This document shows, one piece after another, positions 10,435 through 21,833 of a stretch of 64,000 nucleotides of DNA. This DNA comes from Desulfatiglandales bacterium (GTDB taxonomy: Bacteria > Desulfobacterota > DSM-4660 > Desulfatiglandales > Desulfatiglandaceae), in NCBI GenBank assembly GCA_963662465.1, contig OY759599.1, forward strand, positions 3,296,001 to 3,360,000, given 5' to 3'. How positions within the stretch are numbered: position 1 is the first letter of the stretch; every line of letters begins with the position of its first letter. A program made the translations under genes and the position numbers. Below the pieces are notes generated by a model, which ran no database searches, was not told where the DNA came from, and saw nothing but the letters and a program-made list of their open reading frames with translations.

Positions 10435-11399
10435 TTGCGACACGAAGTCGCTTTAAATATATGTTTTCACAGAAGAATCGTGGAAACCCGGTGTTCCTCC
10501 ACCGGCATCCTAGGGAGGCATGCTGCCGTTGCGCTGATGACGGGGTGTGAAGCCCTCCCGACAATGTACCGAGGACCTTTGAAGTTGGAAAGTCGGGACA
10601 GAAAGCGTGAGTGGACTGTTCCTCTGGAAGCCTCATCCGGATTAGGGCTGGGATTGACTGATATGGTCAGTATATTCAAACACCTGCAGTATCGTAAACA
10701 GCAACAAGCCAAAGAGGCCGATAGGCTTGGACCAAACGGTGTGCGGCCAGGTCGGGAGTCTCGAACGTACGCCCGGCGCGGATGTTGTGCCGCCGGTATA
10801 GGGGGTGGACCTAAGTCAGTTAACAGTATTTATTGCGGAACGTGGTAAGCTCGTAACATCGCCATAAAGTTTTGTGGCAAGCCAACCGTGAGGCAGGCCG
10901 CTGGTGTTGCGGGTGCAAAACGCCTTACCAAGCCAATGCCCTCCTGAATGGGTGGGATACGGAGTTATCTCCGGCCCGAAAGGGAGCTGAATTTTGGCGG
11001 GTGCTCATGCGTGAGATAATTTGAAGAACCTTCTGATGGGAGAATAGCAAATGAGGGGTCTTCGTGACTGGTACACTTCCACAACAAGCTCCAAACTGGC
11101 AACTCATTAACTGGGATGTCGTCAAGAGTAACGTGAAAAGGCTTCAAATGCGTATTGCGCAGGCGGTTAAGGCGCAAAGATGGAAAAAGTGAAGGCTCTA
11201 CAGTGGCTTCTCTCCCATTCCTTCTCTGCGAAGTTATTGGCAAAAAAGGCCAAGAATGTTCGCCTTGCTTAGCCAATAACAACCGCCGGACTCTTCTGAT
11301 GAGAAAGGGTCTTACTGAGGGCTTGAGCCGTATGCTGGGAAACTCGCGTCTACGGTTCTGAGGAGGGAAGGAGGCCGGATGGCCTCCGACCTATCCGGT
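10435..11399 (+). mobile_element. Group II intron (third CL1-type lineage) with internally deleted RT ORF
   Basis: Starts TTGCGACACG; retains RT N-terminal codons (NWQLINWDVVKSNVKRLQMRIAQAVK) fused to the ORF end; D5/D6 at ~11325-11399; 3' end approximate. Confidence 0.85.
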
Positions 11400-11732
11400 C
11401 GGTGGGGCATCAGTAGCATCCTCAAAAGGAAAGGTGAAAGGCAGTATGTAACGGCAAGCAATTGGAACCACTATAGTTCTTCGCAAATGAAGTGAAACAA
11501 AGAATTCTTAGCAACCACATGATATTGAAATGAAATTGAAATAAAAACAAATCCAAAACTGGTGTCATTCCATTCGCGAGGCACTACAATAAGGAAGAAG
11601 AGTTATTTTGAAACTGCACTGTAAAAAGTCCGTTCGACCCTATAGCATTCTGCCGGATGGGCCAAATAAGGACTGAATCTGCAAAGGAAATATGACGTCA
11701 TTTACGTGGGAAGAAAATATGAACTTAGCGCG

Positions 11733-11963
11733 CTAACGCGCGGGCTTTCTACCTTGCGCATATTTCATTGTTTCTCGATTGCACTGAGGGCAACCGAGAA
11801 TGGGCATAAAGCCTTCCACATTCCTTCCTTCATATTCTGCTTTTGCAATCTCGACGTCTATTATCGCTTCATTTACCTTCATTTCATGCCGGCAATGGGA
11901 ACAACGGTAAGGATATTCCTCCGGAGGAGGGCCGAACGGGAAGTCCTCGCCTTCCACCCCCGC
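11733..11963 (-). CDS. Small Zn-finger-like protein downstream of the IS91 transposase
   Basis: CSHC...CPQC motifs; start codon uncertain. Confidence 0.45.
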   Translation of the reverse strand, partial: AGVEGEDFPFGPPPEEYPYRCSHCRHEMKVNEAIIDVEIAKAEYEGRNVEGFMPILGCPQCNRETMKYAQGRKPAR

Positions 11964-13332
11964 TGTCATTTTGTCCTGTAACCGTGCCGTACCTGTCGTT
12001 TTTGATGTTTTCATATTCGTCATATAAAACTCCATATTTTGGATGCCATATCTTCCATAGCACCATTTCATGGCCACAATAACGACACAAAAAAGGATCT
12101 TGAGAGCTGATCTCCTTATAACGTTCTCGATATCTTTTCGCTTTTACGACTTGATACGTTCCTTTAATCCCACGCCCCAAAGCCTTCATCCCTTTCCGTA
12201 TTACTTCCGACCATTTCTTAAAAGTTTTCGTAGCCTGTAGCCCATAATAACGAACCCGCTGGAACCCTTTGGGCATTATGTGTTGAACCATTCGACCGAT
12301 AAAAACATCCACTTCCACGGTTTCAACCTTCCTGGATTTTGTCATGTGATCATTGTACCAATAGGTAACATATTGGCCATCATAACTGATTATCCGTCTC
12401 AGAGCTATCGGAGGAGATGCAACATATTTCGCCAAATATCGCGCCAGACCCCCACATGTCTCAGGAACATTACCCTTGCTCACATTGGCTACCAAACCTT
12501 TAGGGTATTTTTTCCACAGCTCATCAATAAGTTTATCGACCGCACTGCTGTTAAAATGGGACTTGAGCATTCTGAATAGATGATACTGCCATTTCTTATG
12601 TATAATCTCATACTTGAAGAACCTTAAATCAAACCAACCGCACAGATCTTCATTTATCCCACCGCTTGTCATGATGATATGCAAATGCGGATTATAATGA
12701 CCGGATCGACCATGCGTTTGAACAACGACGATCGTTCCTATTTTCAGTTTCCGCCGAAGAACCGTTCCGACAACATCCTCCAAACATTCGTACCCGCATC
12801 TCATAAAAGCCGATAACAAACGTCCATCATTTCGAGCCTTATAAAAAACGATTCTCAGTTGCTCGGGAATTGTCAAAACAATGTGACGGTAATTCATGCC
12901 CCCATGAAGCACCCACGGTGAATTTGTTCTAACGCTAATCCATTGATTTGTTTGAATTGATGTGTCCTTCATAAGGTTTTGATATCAAAGGTTTACAAAT
13001 AGAACAAATTTGCCCTGATGAAGCACCCTACTCACTTGACTGACAAAATCGTCAACATATTTCTTGGCGCAGGATAAACAAAAACAGCTCTTGCAACTAA
13101 AACCTATCCGGCGAACATCACCACCGCAATAAACACACCGGTGCTCGCTATATCCGGCGCTTTCCTTGCCGCAACCAAGCATTTTCTGAACCGGATCTTC
13201 ATATTGCGAATTATCATACCCTGGATGATGCTCTTTGAATGATTCCCAATGATCAATAAAAATCGTCCGGAAAGTCTCCTTATCAATTTTTTGGTTTGAT
13301 GGCATATGCATAATGTGCTTTTTTTGACACAT
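11884..13332 (-). pseudogene. IS91-family (Y2/HUH) transposase split by a MITE
   Basis: SCKSCFCLSC Zn domain, QTHG...NPHLH HUH motif, YLAKY; ori-like attcagtccttat on the - strand near 11666. Confidence 0.85.
12914..13017 (-). mobile_element. 104-bp MITE, copy 1
   Basis: Imperfect 18-bp TIR (cacggtgaatttgttcta / tagaacaaatttgccctg); 10-bp TSD atgaagcacc. Confidence 0.9.
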
Positions 13333-13376
13333 TTAATGCCATCACTGCAACAACTATTTGATATGCCAAATCAAAA

Positions 13377-13649
13377 ATGGAAATTCCTATGCTTTTGAAT
13401 TACTTTGCAAGCCTTTCATTCTGGGATTGCTATAGAAAACTGCCGAGAGATATTCAAGAACTGGCAGATGAGAATTTCAAACTGCTAAAACGAAACCCGA
13501 GACATCCATCCTTACATTTAAAGAAGGTTGGCAGGTATTGGTCTGCAAGAGTCGGGAGGAGATATCGAACTGTGGCTGTTGAAGTTGAGGAGGGCTTGGT
13601 CTGGTTTTGGATTGGTATACATGCCGAATATGATAAGCTAATTCAGTAA
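13377..13649 (+). CDS. ParE/RelE-like toxin (no adjacent antitoxin seen)
   Basis: LPRDIQELA...NPRHPSLHLKKV..YWSARVG..YR...WFWIG.HAEYD. Confidence 0.7.
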   Translation: MEIPMLLNYFASLSFWDCYRKLPRDIQELADENFKLLKRNPRHPSLHLKKVGRYWSARVGRRYRTVAVEVEEGLVWFWIGIHAEYDKLIQ

Positions 13650-13754
13650 TTACCTAACCAAACGCGTCACGAAAGAGCAAAATAAGGCGTTATCAATGTC
13701 GAACGGTGCTGAACTGTTTCCATAAAATTCCGTACACTTGAGACCTTCAGAAGC

Positions 13755-13840
13755 GGCGAACCAAACGCTGCACCAGACGCCTGATACTTCGGCGGTTTCG
13801 GCGGGGGCCGGAGGAGGCGCTGGTGACCTTAACGTTGTGC
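13755..13840 (+). repeat. attC-like site (family 1), empty
   Basis: ggcgAAC...GTTgtgc. Confidence 0.85.
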
Positions 13841-13979
13841 GTGCGTTGCTCCGAGCGAATAAGGACTGCCGGTAAAGATAATACAATTGAAAAAGGGAAG
13901 CATGATATGAAACACAATTTACCCCCCCCCCCCCGAAAATCCAGATCGGGAAAAGGATGCGGAAACGCGCCTTGCCCGA

Positions 13980-14759
13980 ATGCTCAGAAAACGGATTCGG
14001 ATCAATGAAGCGGGGTTGCACGGTGCGGTTTTCAAGATCGCGGATAGCATTGAAGAACTGGCGGGGTCATATAGGCTGGTTCATGACGCCTATGTGCATA
14101 AGGGGTATATGGACCCGGCACCTTCAGGGATGCGGGTGACCGAATTCACATTGAGCCCGCGCACCACCACCTTTATCGGAAGGCAAAACGGCGACATCAT
14201 CTCCACCATATCCCTTTTCGAGGATTCCAAAGCAGGACTGGCCATGGATGGCATTTACCAGGAGGAGCTGGATAAATTGAGAGAACAGGGGCGTAAGATC
14301 GCTGAGGTGGGGAGCCTGGCTGCTTCACCCGCCAACTGGAACGGAAGGCCTGATGCCACGTTTCACATGTTTAAGATCATGCTCAATTACGCCATGGACT
14401 ATCTCAATCTGGACGATCTGGTGATTGCCGTCAATCCCAGCCAGAAGCATTTTTATGTTTGGGCGCTGCTTTTTGACGAGATCGGCGGGCTGAAATCCTA
14501 TGAATACGTCAAATCCAACCCGGCTGTGGCCATGCGGATGCCTCTGGAAAAGTGTCAATACCGATACCTTGAAGCATACCAAGACCAAACCCTTAATAAA
14601 AATCTTCACCACTTTCTGTTTAAAATACAAAGCCCCCTGGTCCAACTGCCCGATGAAAAGAAACCGCACAGGGTGATGACCCCGCAAACAGCGGAATGGT
14701 TTTGTAAACGCTATGGCGTTGGCCATGAGCCGGAAAAGGCGGTTCAAAATGAACCATAA
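13980..14759 (+). CDS. FeeM-like N-acyl amino acid synthase (GNAT fold)
   Basis: FKIAD..EEL...YRLVHDAY..KGY, IAEVGSLA, LVIAVNP...FY; the ATG at 13907 would be in frame if the C13 tract were C12. Confidence 0.75.
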   Translation: MLRKRIRINEAGLHGAVFKIADSIEELAGSYRLVHDAYVHKGYMDPAPSGMRVTEFTLSPRTTTFIGRQNGDIISTISLFEDSKAGLAMDGIYQEELDKLREQGRKIAEVGSLAASPANWNGRPDATFHMFKIMLNYAMDYLNLDDLVIAVNPSQKHFYVWALLFDEIGGLKSYEYVKSNPAVAMRMPLEKCQYRYLEAYQDQTLNKNLHHFLFKIQSPLVQLPDEKKPHRVMTPQTAEWFCKRYGVGHEPEKAVQNEP

Positions 14760-16260
14760 CACCGTCCAGCTTTTCATGGACGTCCTAGGGACTTCAAATG
14801 TCGTGTTGGACCCCAAGCGGCTGTCTGAAGCCCTGCGCAACACCCTCGGCGTAAGCCGAGAGGTTCCGGGCATCCTGTACCCGTCTTCCGTGTCCCAGGT
14901 GGCAGAGATTGTTGCCATCGCCAATGAACACAAAATACCCCTTTATCCCATCAGCACCGGGCGTAACATGGGCTATGGAGACAAGGCCCCGGTTTTGGAC
15001 GGGAATGTCATTGTGGATTTGAGCAAGATGGATGGTATCCGTGATTTCGACCGGACCCTGGGTAATATCACCCTGGAACCCGGCGTCACCCAGACGGCGC
15101 TTCACGCCTTCCTTACGGAAAACAATGCCCCTTTCTGGATGGACGCGACCGGGTCCGGTTATGATTCCAGTATTGTGGGCAATGCGTTGGACGGCGGTTT
15201 CGGCCACACCCCCAAAGGGAACAAACGGGAGAGCATCTTTGATCTTGAAATCGTCTGCGGAAACGGAACAATACTCAAAACCGGCGACCTTCAAGGCTTC
15301 GGACCGGGCCTGAGGGGGCTCTTTGTTCAATCCAATTTCGGAATCGTCACATCCCTTAAAACCGAGCTGATGCCCATCCCCCAACGATACGAATCCTTTG
15401 TGCTCAAGGTGCCGGAAGACCGGCAGTTGGAGGCATTGATCGATACCGTTCGAATTCTCAGGCAAAACGGGGCACTCACGTCGCTGGTACACATCGCCAA
15501 CGCCACCCGCTCCCTTATGACCACCCATGACATACCCAAGGGGTACGGGAACCGGCTCGTAACCTGTGAGGATGCCATGCGGATCATGTCTTCGCCCATC
15601 CTGAAGGTCGGGTACTGGACGGCCATCGGAGGGCTTTATGGAGCCGTACGGGAAGTTGGCGCAAAAAAGAAGGTCTTGAAGGAAGCCGTCAACGGGATAG
15701 GGAAAATCGCTTTTTTCAGCGATGACAAAATCCGGAAAATAAGTCGGTTGAAGTTTCTGGGTCGGGGCATGGCCAAAAGCATTGATTCCCTGACCTATAT
15801 CCACGGCCTGGGAAAAGGCGTGCCCAACGACATGCAGGTGCGAAACATCAAATGGCGGGTGCAAAACCCCGAGGACATGGGGCTCCTGTTTTTTGCCCCC
15901 AATGTGCCGGCCGAAAGCAAAGCCGTCCGGGACATGGTCAGAACGGCCAAAAGCCTTTACCGAAAACACGGATTCGAGTTTGCCATCACCATCACCTATA
16001 TTCGGCCGGAACAGGTGGCGGGACTCATGAACATCGGATTTGATCAAAGAGACCATACCGAAAGAGCAAGGGCCTTTGAGCTTTACAACAGCCTGAAAGA
16101 GACTTTTTCCGGAAAAGGCATTCATCCCTACCGCCATCATGTCGCGGCCATGGCGGACATTCGGTACGAGCCAGGCAAACGCGAAATGCTGACGGCCCTG
16201 AAAAAAGCCTTTGATCCCAACAACATCATTGCGCCGGGAAGGTACGGTATAGAAAGCTGA
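14713..16260 (+). CDS. FAD-binding oxidoreductase (vanillyl-alcohol oxidase/p-cresol methylhydroxylase-like)
   Basis: PISTGRNMGYG, EPGVTQ, QSNFGIVT, FDPNNIIAPGRYG. Confidence 0.85.
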   Translation: MALAMSRKRRFKMNHNTVQLFMDVLGTSNVVLDPKRLSEALRNTLGVSREVPGILYPSSVSQVAEIVAIANEHKIPLYPISTGRNMGYGDKAPVLDGNVIVDLSKMDGIRDFDRTLGNITLEPGVTQTALHAFLTENNAPFWMDATGSGYDSSIVGNALDGGFGHTPKGNKRESIFDLEIVCGNGTILKTGDLQGFGPGLRGLFVQSNFGIVTSLKTELMPIPQRYESFVLKVPEDRQLEALIDTVRILRQNGALTSLVHIANATRSLMTTHDIPKGYGNRLVTCEDAMRIMSSPILKVGYWTAIGGLYGAVREVGAKKKVLKEAVNGIGKIAFFSDDKIRKISRLKFLGRGMAKSIDSLTYIHGLGKGVPNDMQVRNIKWRVQNPEDMGLLFFAPNVPAESKAVRDMVRTAKSLYRKHGFEFAITITYIRPEQVAGLMNIGFDQRDHTERARAFELYNSLKETFSGKGIHPYRHHVAAMADIRYEPGKREMLTALKKAFDPNNIIAPGRYGIES

Positions 16261-16293
16261 ACCGTAGGAGATGTTTTGCAGCGTTAACAGGAG

Positions 16294-17079
16294 ATGCTCT
16301 ATATGAAGAAGCTGTTTATGAAACTCCCCGACCCCATCAAGGGTCCCATCCTGCGTAAACGCGTGTGGATCGATGAAAGCAAACTGGACAGGACCACCTT
16401 CAAGATCGCGGATACCGTCGAGGAGCTGGAAAGTGCCTACCGCCTGGTGCATGATGTGTATGTGAAGGAGGGGTACATGGACCCCCACCCTTCCAAAATG
16501 CGCATCACAAAATACAACCTGCTTTCTAAATCCACCACGTTTGTGGGGAAGCACGACGGTCGCGTGGTACTCACCATGTCGCTGATTCCGGATTCGGAAC
16601 ACGGGCTCCCCATGGATTCCCTGTTCAAGAGCGAACTGGATCAAATGCGGAATCGGGGGCGATATATCGCCGAGGTGGGAAATCTGGCCAGTGATCCGAA
16701 TTTCAGAAACCGTAACCAGAATGTGCCCACAGGTATCTGAATATTCATGATCTGGTGATCGCCATCAACCCCAGACATAAATGGTTTTACAGGAATATTC
16801 TCATGTTCAAAAAGATTTCCGGGAAACGGAATTATGATTATGTCAAAGGAGCTCCGGCTGTAGCGATGACTTTGGATCTTGTAACTGCCGAGAATCGATA
16901 TAAACAGACTTATGGAAATTCTACAGGCTACCCCCCCCCCCCCCCGAAACCTTCATCATTTCTTTTTCATGGAAAAAAGCCTTTCAATCCATCTGCCCAG
17001 GGAAACAAAACCCCACATTACCATGAAACCGGAAATCGTCTCCCATTTCAAAAAACATATTTCACAAAACCGCTCGTGA
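16294..17079 (+). pseudogene. Second FeeM-like acyltransferase, broken
   Basis: Paralogous to 13980; break at ~16730 and frameshift at the C15 tract (NLHHFFF is out of frame). Confidence 0.7.
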
Positions 17080-17104
17080 CCCCGGCGGGCGCTGGAGAAT
17101 ACCA

Positions 17105-17845
17105 ATGGAACGTATCCTGGAACCTGAAATCATGGCGGATAAAGGTGAGGCCGAGGCTTACGACCAGCTAGTTTCGGACCCGCAGGGGGAAATGCTGGAT
17201 ACCTGCTTTGCCCTTTCCGTTTTGGATGCGGCGCCTGCTCACGGCGTCATTCTGGATTTGGGCGTGGGCACTGCCAGAATCCCCATAAACATTCGGCGGT
17301 TTTCCGACCGGCATACCATCTGTGCTTTGGATATCTCCCAGAGCATGCTGGAAATCGCCGCCAAAAATATTGAGACTGGAGAGGCATTGGATATTCACTG
17401 TGTCCGCGCCGACATGAAACGTCTCCCCTTTCCGGATGCCTCCGTCGATATGGTCGTCAGTCATGTGGCCATGCATCATCTTCCGGAGCCCACCCGAATG
17501 CTCAAAGAGGCGGCAAGGGTTCTCAAGCATGAAGGGGCCTTTCTTATCAGAGACCTCAAAAGGCCGCCTAACCGCATAGCCCTTGCTCTGTATGTTCAGA
17601 TTTTCGGGGGGGGGGGGTACAATACGATTCAGAAAAAACTCTACCGGGATTCCCTCATGGCTGGTTTTACCGTACACGAACTGAGGCGAATGGCCGAAGA
17701 TGCGGGCCTCGAAAGATTTACCGTAAAGAAATACTTCATCACCCATGTGGGGATCGAAAGAAAGGCACCGGGAGCCAAACCGGGACCAAAGTTTGAGAAA
17801 AAGGGCGGCAAAGAAAAGTTAATGCAGCGACTTTACAGACGCTAA
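17105..17845 (+). CDS. Class I SAM-dependent methyltransferase
   Basis: ERILEPEIM, ILDLGVGTA, LPFPDASVD; in-frame G12 tract. Confidence 0.85.
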   Translation: MERILEPEIMADKGEAEAYDQLVSDPQGEMLDTCFALSVLDAAPAHGVILDLGVGTARIPINIRRFSDRHTICALDISQSMLEIAAKNIETGEALDIHCVRADMKRLPFPDASVDMVVSHVAMHHLPEPTRMLKEAARVLKHEGAFLIRDLKRPPNRIALALYVQIFGGGGYNTIQKKLYRDSLMAGFTVHELRRMAEDAGLERFTVKKYFITHVGIERKAPGAKPGPKFEKKGGKEKLMQRLYRR

Positions 17846-17891
17846 CGCGCAGCATGCCGGGAAGATGGTCAAAAAAACGTTTGCGGAGATG

Positions 17892-17920
17892 TTGACCGAC
17901 AATAACATATTTGTTATATT
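17892..17920 (+). promoter_or_regulatory. Sigma70-like promoter with palindromic operator for the TA operon
   Basis: TTGACC-17-TATATT overlapping ataacatatttgttat. Confidence 0.5.
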
Positions 17921-17926
17921 CTAAAT

Positions 17927-18262
17927 ATGAAATGGAACATTAAATATTTCAGCTCAAAACTGGAAGAGGAAATTCTTGCCCTCCCGGATGGATTGCTGGC
18001 GCGGTACTTACGATTAACCGATTTGATGGTTGAGTTTGGTCCAAACCTGGGTCCCCCTCATACAAAGTCATTTGGAAATGCTCTTTTTGAATTACGGATC
18101 AAAAGCAAGGAAGGGATCGCCCGCGTTTTCTTCTGCACAAAAACCGGCAGGAAAATCATCATGCTGCATGTTTTCATAAAGAAAACCCAAAAGACGCCAA
18201 AAAAAGAGATAAACATCGCAAGGACCCGAATGAATGAGGTAACGCAAGATGGATCATTCTGA
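17927..18262 (+). CDS. RelE/HigB-family toxin
   Basis: GPNLGPPHTK...LFELRIK..EGIARVF...LH.FIKKTQKTP. Confidence 0.85.
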   Translation: MKWNIKYFSSKLEEEILALPDGLLARYLRLTDLMVEFGPNLGPPHTKSFGNALFELRIKSKEGIARVFFCTKTGRKIIMLHVFIKKTQKTPKKEINIARTRMNEVTQDGSF

Positions 18263-18551
18263 ATTGAAGGAAAAGGCGTTAAAGAGAAAAAGTGTTAAAG
18301 CTGCCTATGAGGCCCTCGAAACTGAATTCTCACTGCTCCGTGAACTGCTGAAAGCACGCCAGAATGCGGGCCTGACCCAGGCGGAGATTGCGGAGCGTAT
18401 GGGAACGAAAGCCCCCGCCGTTACAAGACTCGAATCGTCATTAAGCAGCGGAAAGCATTCGCCTTCTATTGCAACCCTTAAGAAGTATGCACAGGCATTG
18501 GGGTGCCGTCTGGAAATAAAGGTTGTCGCCGATAATAACCCATCGCCTTGA
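18249..18551 (+). CDS. XRE-family HTH antitoxin (HigA-like)
   Basis: ARQNAGLTQAEIAERMGT..AVTRLE. Confidence 0.85.
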   Translation: MDHSELKEKALKRKSVKAAYEALETEFSLLRELLKARQNAGLTQAEIAERMGTKAPAVTRLESSLSSGKHSPSIATLKKYAQALGCRLEIKVVADNNPSP

Positions 18552-18597
18552 TATCTGTAGAAATAATCACAACGATATCAAATAATTACCTTGAATC

Positions 18598-18682
18598 GCA
18601 CAACCAAACGCTGCACCGGACCCCTAGACGCAACGGGGTAATGGGGACGTTGGGTGCAGGGGCCGGTGAGCTTGTCGTTGGA
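18598..18682 (+). repeat. attC-like site (family 1), intron inserted in R'
   Basis: gcacAAC...GTTgga; R'' complements the upstream R' GTTGTGC. Confidence 0.85.
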
Positions 18683-19935
18683 TTGCGACACGATGTCGCA
18701 TAGTTTGAGTGTATTCATGTAGTTACATGTAGTACCCGGTATGTTCCTACCGGACCCTACGCAGGCATGCTGCCGTTGCGCTGATGACGGGGTGTGAAGC
18801 CCTGCGGACAACGTACCGAATCGGGTTCAAATGGCGACAGGAGAACCCCTCCGGGAATCCTCCCGGTTAAGGGCTAGGGTCGGATGATATGGTGAAGGTA
18901 TCTGAATGTCTTTAAGCGTCGATTACAAGCGAAGGGCCTACGAGGATTAATAGGTCTTATGCCGCTGCCCAGTGTCAGCGGATGTGGTCAGGTTGCAGGT
19001 CTGCTAACGGCCTGCACGGAACTGTTGTACCACCGGCGTAGAGGGCGCACCTAAGTCATCCACAGGATCAACTATGTGGAACGTGGAAACCCGTTCCCGT
19101 CGCCCCCTTTGGGGGCAGGCTAACGTAAGGCATGCTGTTGGCGGGCCGGAGTAGGAGGCTGAAAAAAGCGAATGCCGGGCTGTAATGGTCCGGATACCGG
19201 GTGAAACATTCCCGGCTCCGTAAGGAGGCAGACGTTCAGCGCGGTGCCCGATTACGTGAACACCGGAGGAATCAGATGAAAGCGGGGAAAGCAGCCAGTG
19301 AAACGGGCGAATGACGGCCCTTGAGGCTGGTGCGCCCCGTATGCCTTTGGCTACTCTGACAACCGGCCTGTAACGTGAAGTGGATGCAAATCCGCGGGAA
19401 TCCCCACCAGGGAAACCTTTTCGGGGGCTTGAGCCACGTGAGGTGAAAGCCTCATGCGTGGTTCTGAGGGTAATAGCGGCATAATACACACCTCCGTACG
19501 TTATTGAAAATTAAAGACTTGTTGTTTTGAGTTTCTTGAAAGCGGGCTCTTTGGAAACCCGGAATGAGCTGCCTTTTTTATCACTTCAGATTCAAGGTCC
19601 TTTTTTGAAATGATCCATGGAGCACCGGAACATACTCGCTTGGCGGGTAGAATCTCATGTTGTATAAGTCTCCAAACTTTGGTGCTGCCAATACCCAGCC
19701 TTTCGCTTGCTTCAGCTACCGTATATTCTTCTCGTCGCTGCCTCTCTCCTTCATGATATACAGGGATATTATGCCTATTTCGAAATGAACGCAACCTTAC
19801 CGGATTCCAGGTATATCCCTTTGTAGTCTTTGTACCCACACGGTTGAGAAAGGCCACGATGTGTTTATCAGGCATAATTCTAGCCAAATCGGCTAAAGCG
19901 TCATTATACGGTTGGATCCATCAGCAGCTTTAGCC

Positions 19936-21798
19936 TCACTGCAATGTGCGAGGAGCACGGCTACTGGCTGCTTTCTTGATGCGATGATTCATCTGATCCG
20001 TCCTAACCAAACGTCTATCTGCTGTCGATAGAGATGCTGTAGAAAGCTGAAGCTCTTTTTTAAGATTCACAATTTCTTGGGAAGGCAGCCATTTATTCTT
20101 CCTATTCCGGTTTTCCATATCTAATTGCGCGAATGCAAGAGGAAGCTGATCGATCGATCCACAAACTATATTGACGTAATCGGCGTGTTCCAGATTATAT
20201 GCCAGAGCCGCTTCTGCCGGTAGATGTTCCAGATCCTGACCAAGATTTTTCCGTCCACTGCGCCGTCGTTCTCCATGCTTCATTGTTCCAAAGAAGTTTT
20301 CGAGCAGTTCGTTGGTTCGACTCATAAGCCGTATGCCGCCGCCTGTTCTTTCCGGCAAACATATGCTGTGCCCCCAAAGACTATCACCATGCGTGTCAAT
20401 ATGTTTGATTATAATATCAATAGCTTCCCGAATATCTTTTCCCGGGCCTCGTTTTGGCCGGCGATCTTTAAGGGCAGTCGTCCATGTTTCAAACTGATAC
20501 CGCATCTCGTTAAGGTCTTCTATTGATTCCTTATCCGGGAGTTCTTTTGCCAACCGCAATTGATTTCGCAGCTCATCGAATAAAGCAGCACGGCGGTGCA
20601 ACTGTTTGACAGTTTGACGAAAGGGCACTTCACAAGAAACCTTCGAAGCGATCCTCCTAAGCCGACGAATCATGCGCACAACATGCTTATCATTCGGAGG
20701 AATGCGAAGAAATGCATCTATTGCTCGCAGAGCAACCATACACCTGTTGAAAAAACTCAAATACGGTCTGTCAAAAGGAAAATCCAGGCCTGAAAGATCT
20801 GCCTTATAGTCGATTATCCACTGTGCTATGTTTCGTACAACGGCAAGGCCATCTCGTCCCGGTGGGAGACGATAGTCATCCCTCTCTTGCCAATCCAGAA
20901 CCGCCTGCCGTGTTTCATTGATCTCAAAGCCTATCTCTCGCCCGATCTCACGGACTAAGTTATTGATTTTAGGTCGTACTTTTGTACGCCGGAAATGGTC
21001 CCGCAAAGCGGAATGGTCAGGTTTTATAAGGTCTTTACCAATGTCGGCAAGAAAGTGTTGATGGCAAGCTAACACGGGTATATCCAATTGCATCTCAGAT
21101 ACGAGTTCGTCGATGGCCGGCGATACCGCGCGTCCCAAGTCGCGCATGGCTCCGCAAGGCGGGCCGAATCGACTGACCGTATCCCGCATGCAGGGTAACA
21201 AAAGATCGGCTCGTTCAGTTGAAATTTTCCAGGCGCCAAGCACCCATTTTCTCCAACCAGCCATCACAACAAATAGGGTCCCTCGACCGGCTTCTCCAGT
21301 GGCATCCACTTGCATCGGCCAACCCCCATCCGCCTCCAGGACCCCTTTCAATTGCTCAGCCCGCACGTGATGAAGTCTGAGCAAGTATTCCAAAAAGTAT
21401 CGTGTCAGATTGCTAACCTCACCGCAAGACAATTTGATGCCGTGCCTTTCCTTTAATTCTGCTTTTATTTCCTCTCTCTGTTTATAGCCGAGCAGCCTAT
21501 TGAGACCCACATAAACCATTACGTCATAACCGACAATGCCGTTTGGCATAATGGTCCGAACGACCGATTCTGCTCTCTTGGTAAACAATGTCCCATCATC
21601 ATTACGGCACCGCTCCGAACATACATGTACCGTTTCCCTAACATTAAACGTACCATGCTCGATGGTCCGTCCTTCATGCACAAACGTTTTTTGTACACGC
21701 ATCGGTCCATTGCAGAGTTCACATACCCCAACCTCATCCTTAGCAGATACAACGATATCCGCTAACCCGACCACTTGTTTAAAACAACTATCATTCAA
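19936..21798 (-). CDS. Putative DDE transposase (CxxH-type), 620 aa
   Basis: VDATG, MRDLG, CHQH, RTNELLENFF motifs; inside the TIRs. Confidence 0.7.
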   Translation of the reverse strand: MNDSCFKQVVGLADIVVSAKDEVGVCELCNGPMRVQKTFVHEGRTIEHGTFNVRETVHVCSERCRNDDGTLFTKRAESVVRTIMPNGIVGYDVMVYVGLNRLLGYKQREEIKAELKERHGIKLSCGEVSNLTRYFLEYLLRLHHVRAEQLKGVLEADGGWPMQVDATGEAGRGTLFVVMAGWRKWVLGAWKISTERADLLLPCMRDTVSRFGPPCGAMRDLGRAVSPAIDELVSEMQLDIPVLACHQHFLADIGKDLIKPDHSALRDHFRRTKVRPKINNLVREIGREIGFEINETRQAVLDWQERDDYRLPPGRDGLAVVRNIAQWIIDYKADLSGLDFPFDRPYLSFFNRCMVALRAIDAFLRIPPNDKHVVRMIRRLRRIASKVSCEVPFRQTVKQLHRRAALFDELRNQLRLAKELPDKESIEDLNEMRYQFETWTTALKDRRPKRGPGKDIREAIDIIIKHIDTHGDSLWGHSICLPERTGGGIRLMSRTNELLENFFGTMKHGERRRSGRKNLGQDLEHLPAEAALAYNLEHADYVNIVCGSIDQLPLAFAQLDMENRNRKNKWLPSQEIVNLKKELQLSTASLSTADRRLVRTDQMNHRIKKAASSRAPRTLQ

Positions 21799-21833
21799 AC
21801 GATGCGCCTGATGCCTTAGGTAGACCAGCGTTT

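Noticed and set aside
13841..13860. GTGCG after the attC as an intron start
   Set aside because: The following sequence does not resemble any intron here, and there is no D5/D6.
14794..16644. 616-aa ORF on the - strand
   Set aside because: Antisense shadow of the FAD oxidase and FeeM genes, with no recognisable motifs.
17840..17886. cgctaac...gtttgcg as an attC
   Set aside because: Too short and no convincing L-box pairing; at most a degenerate relic.
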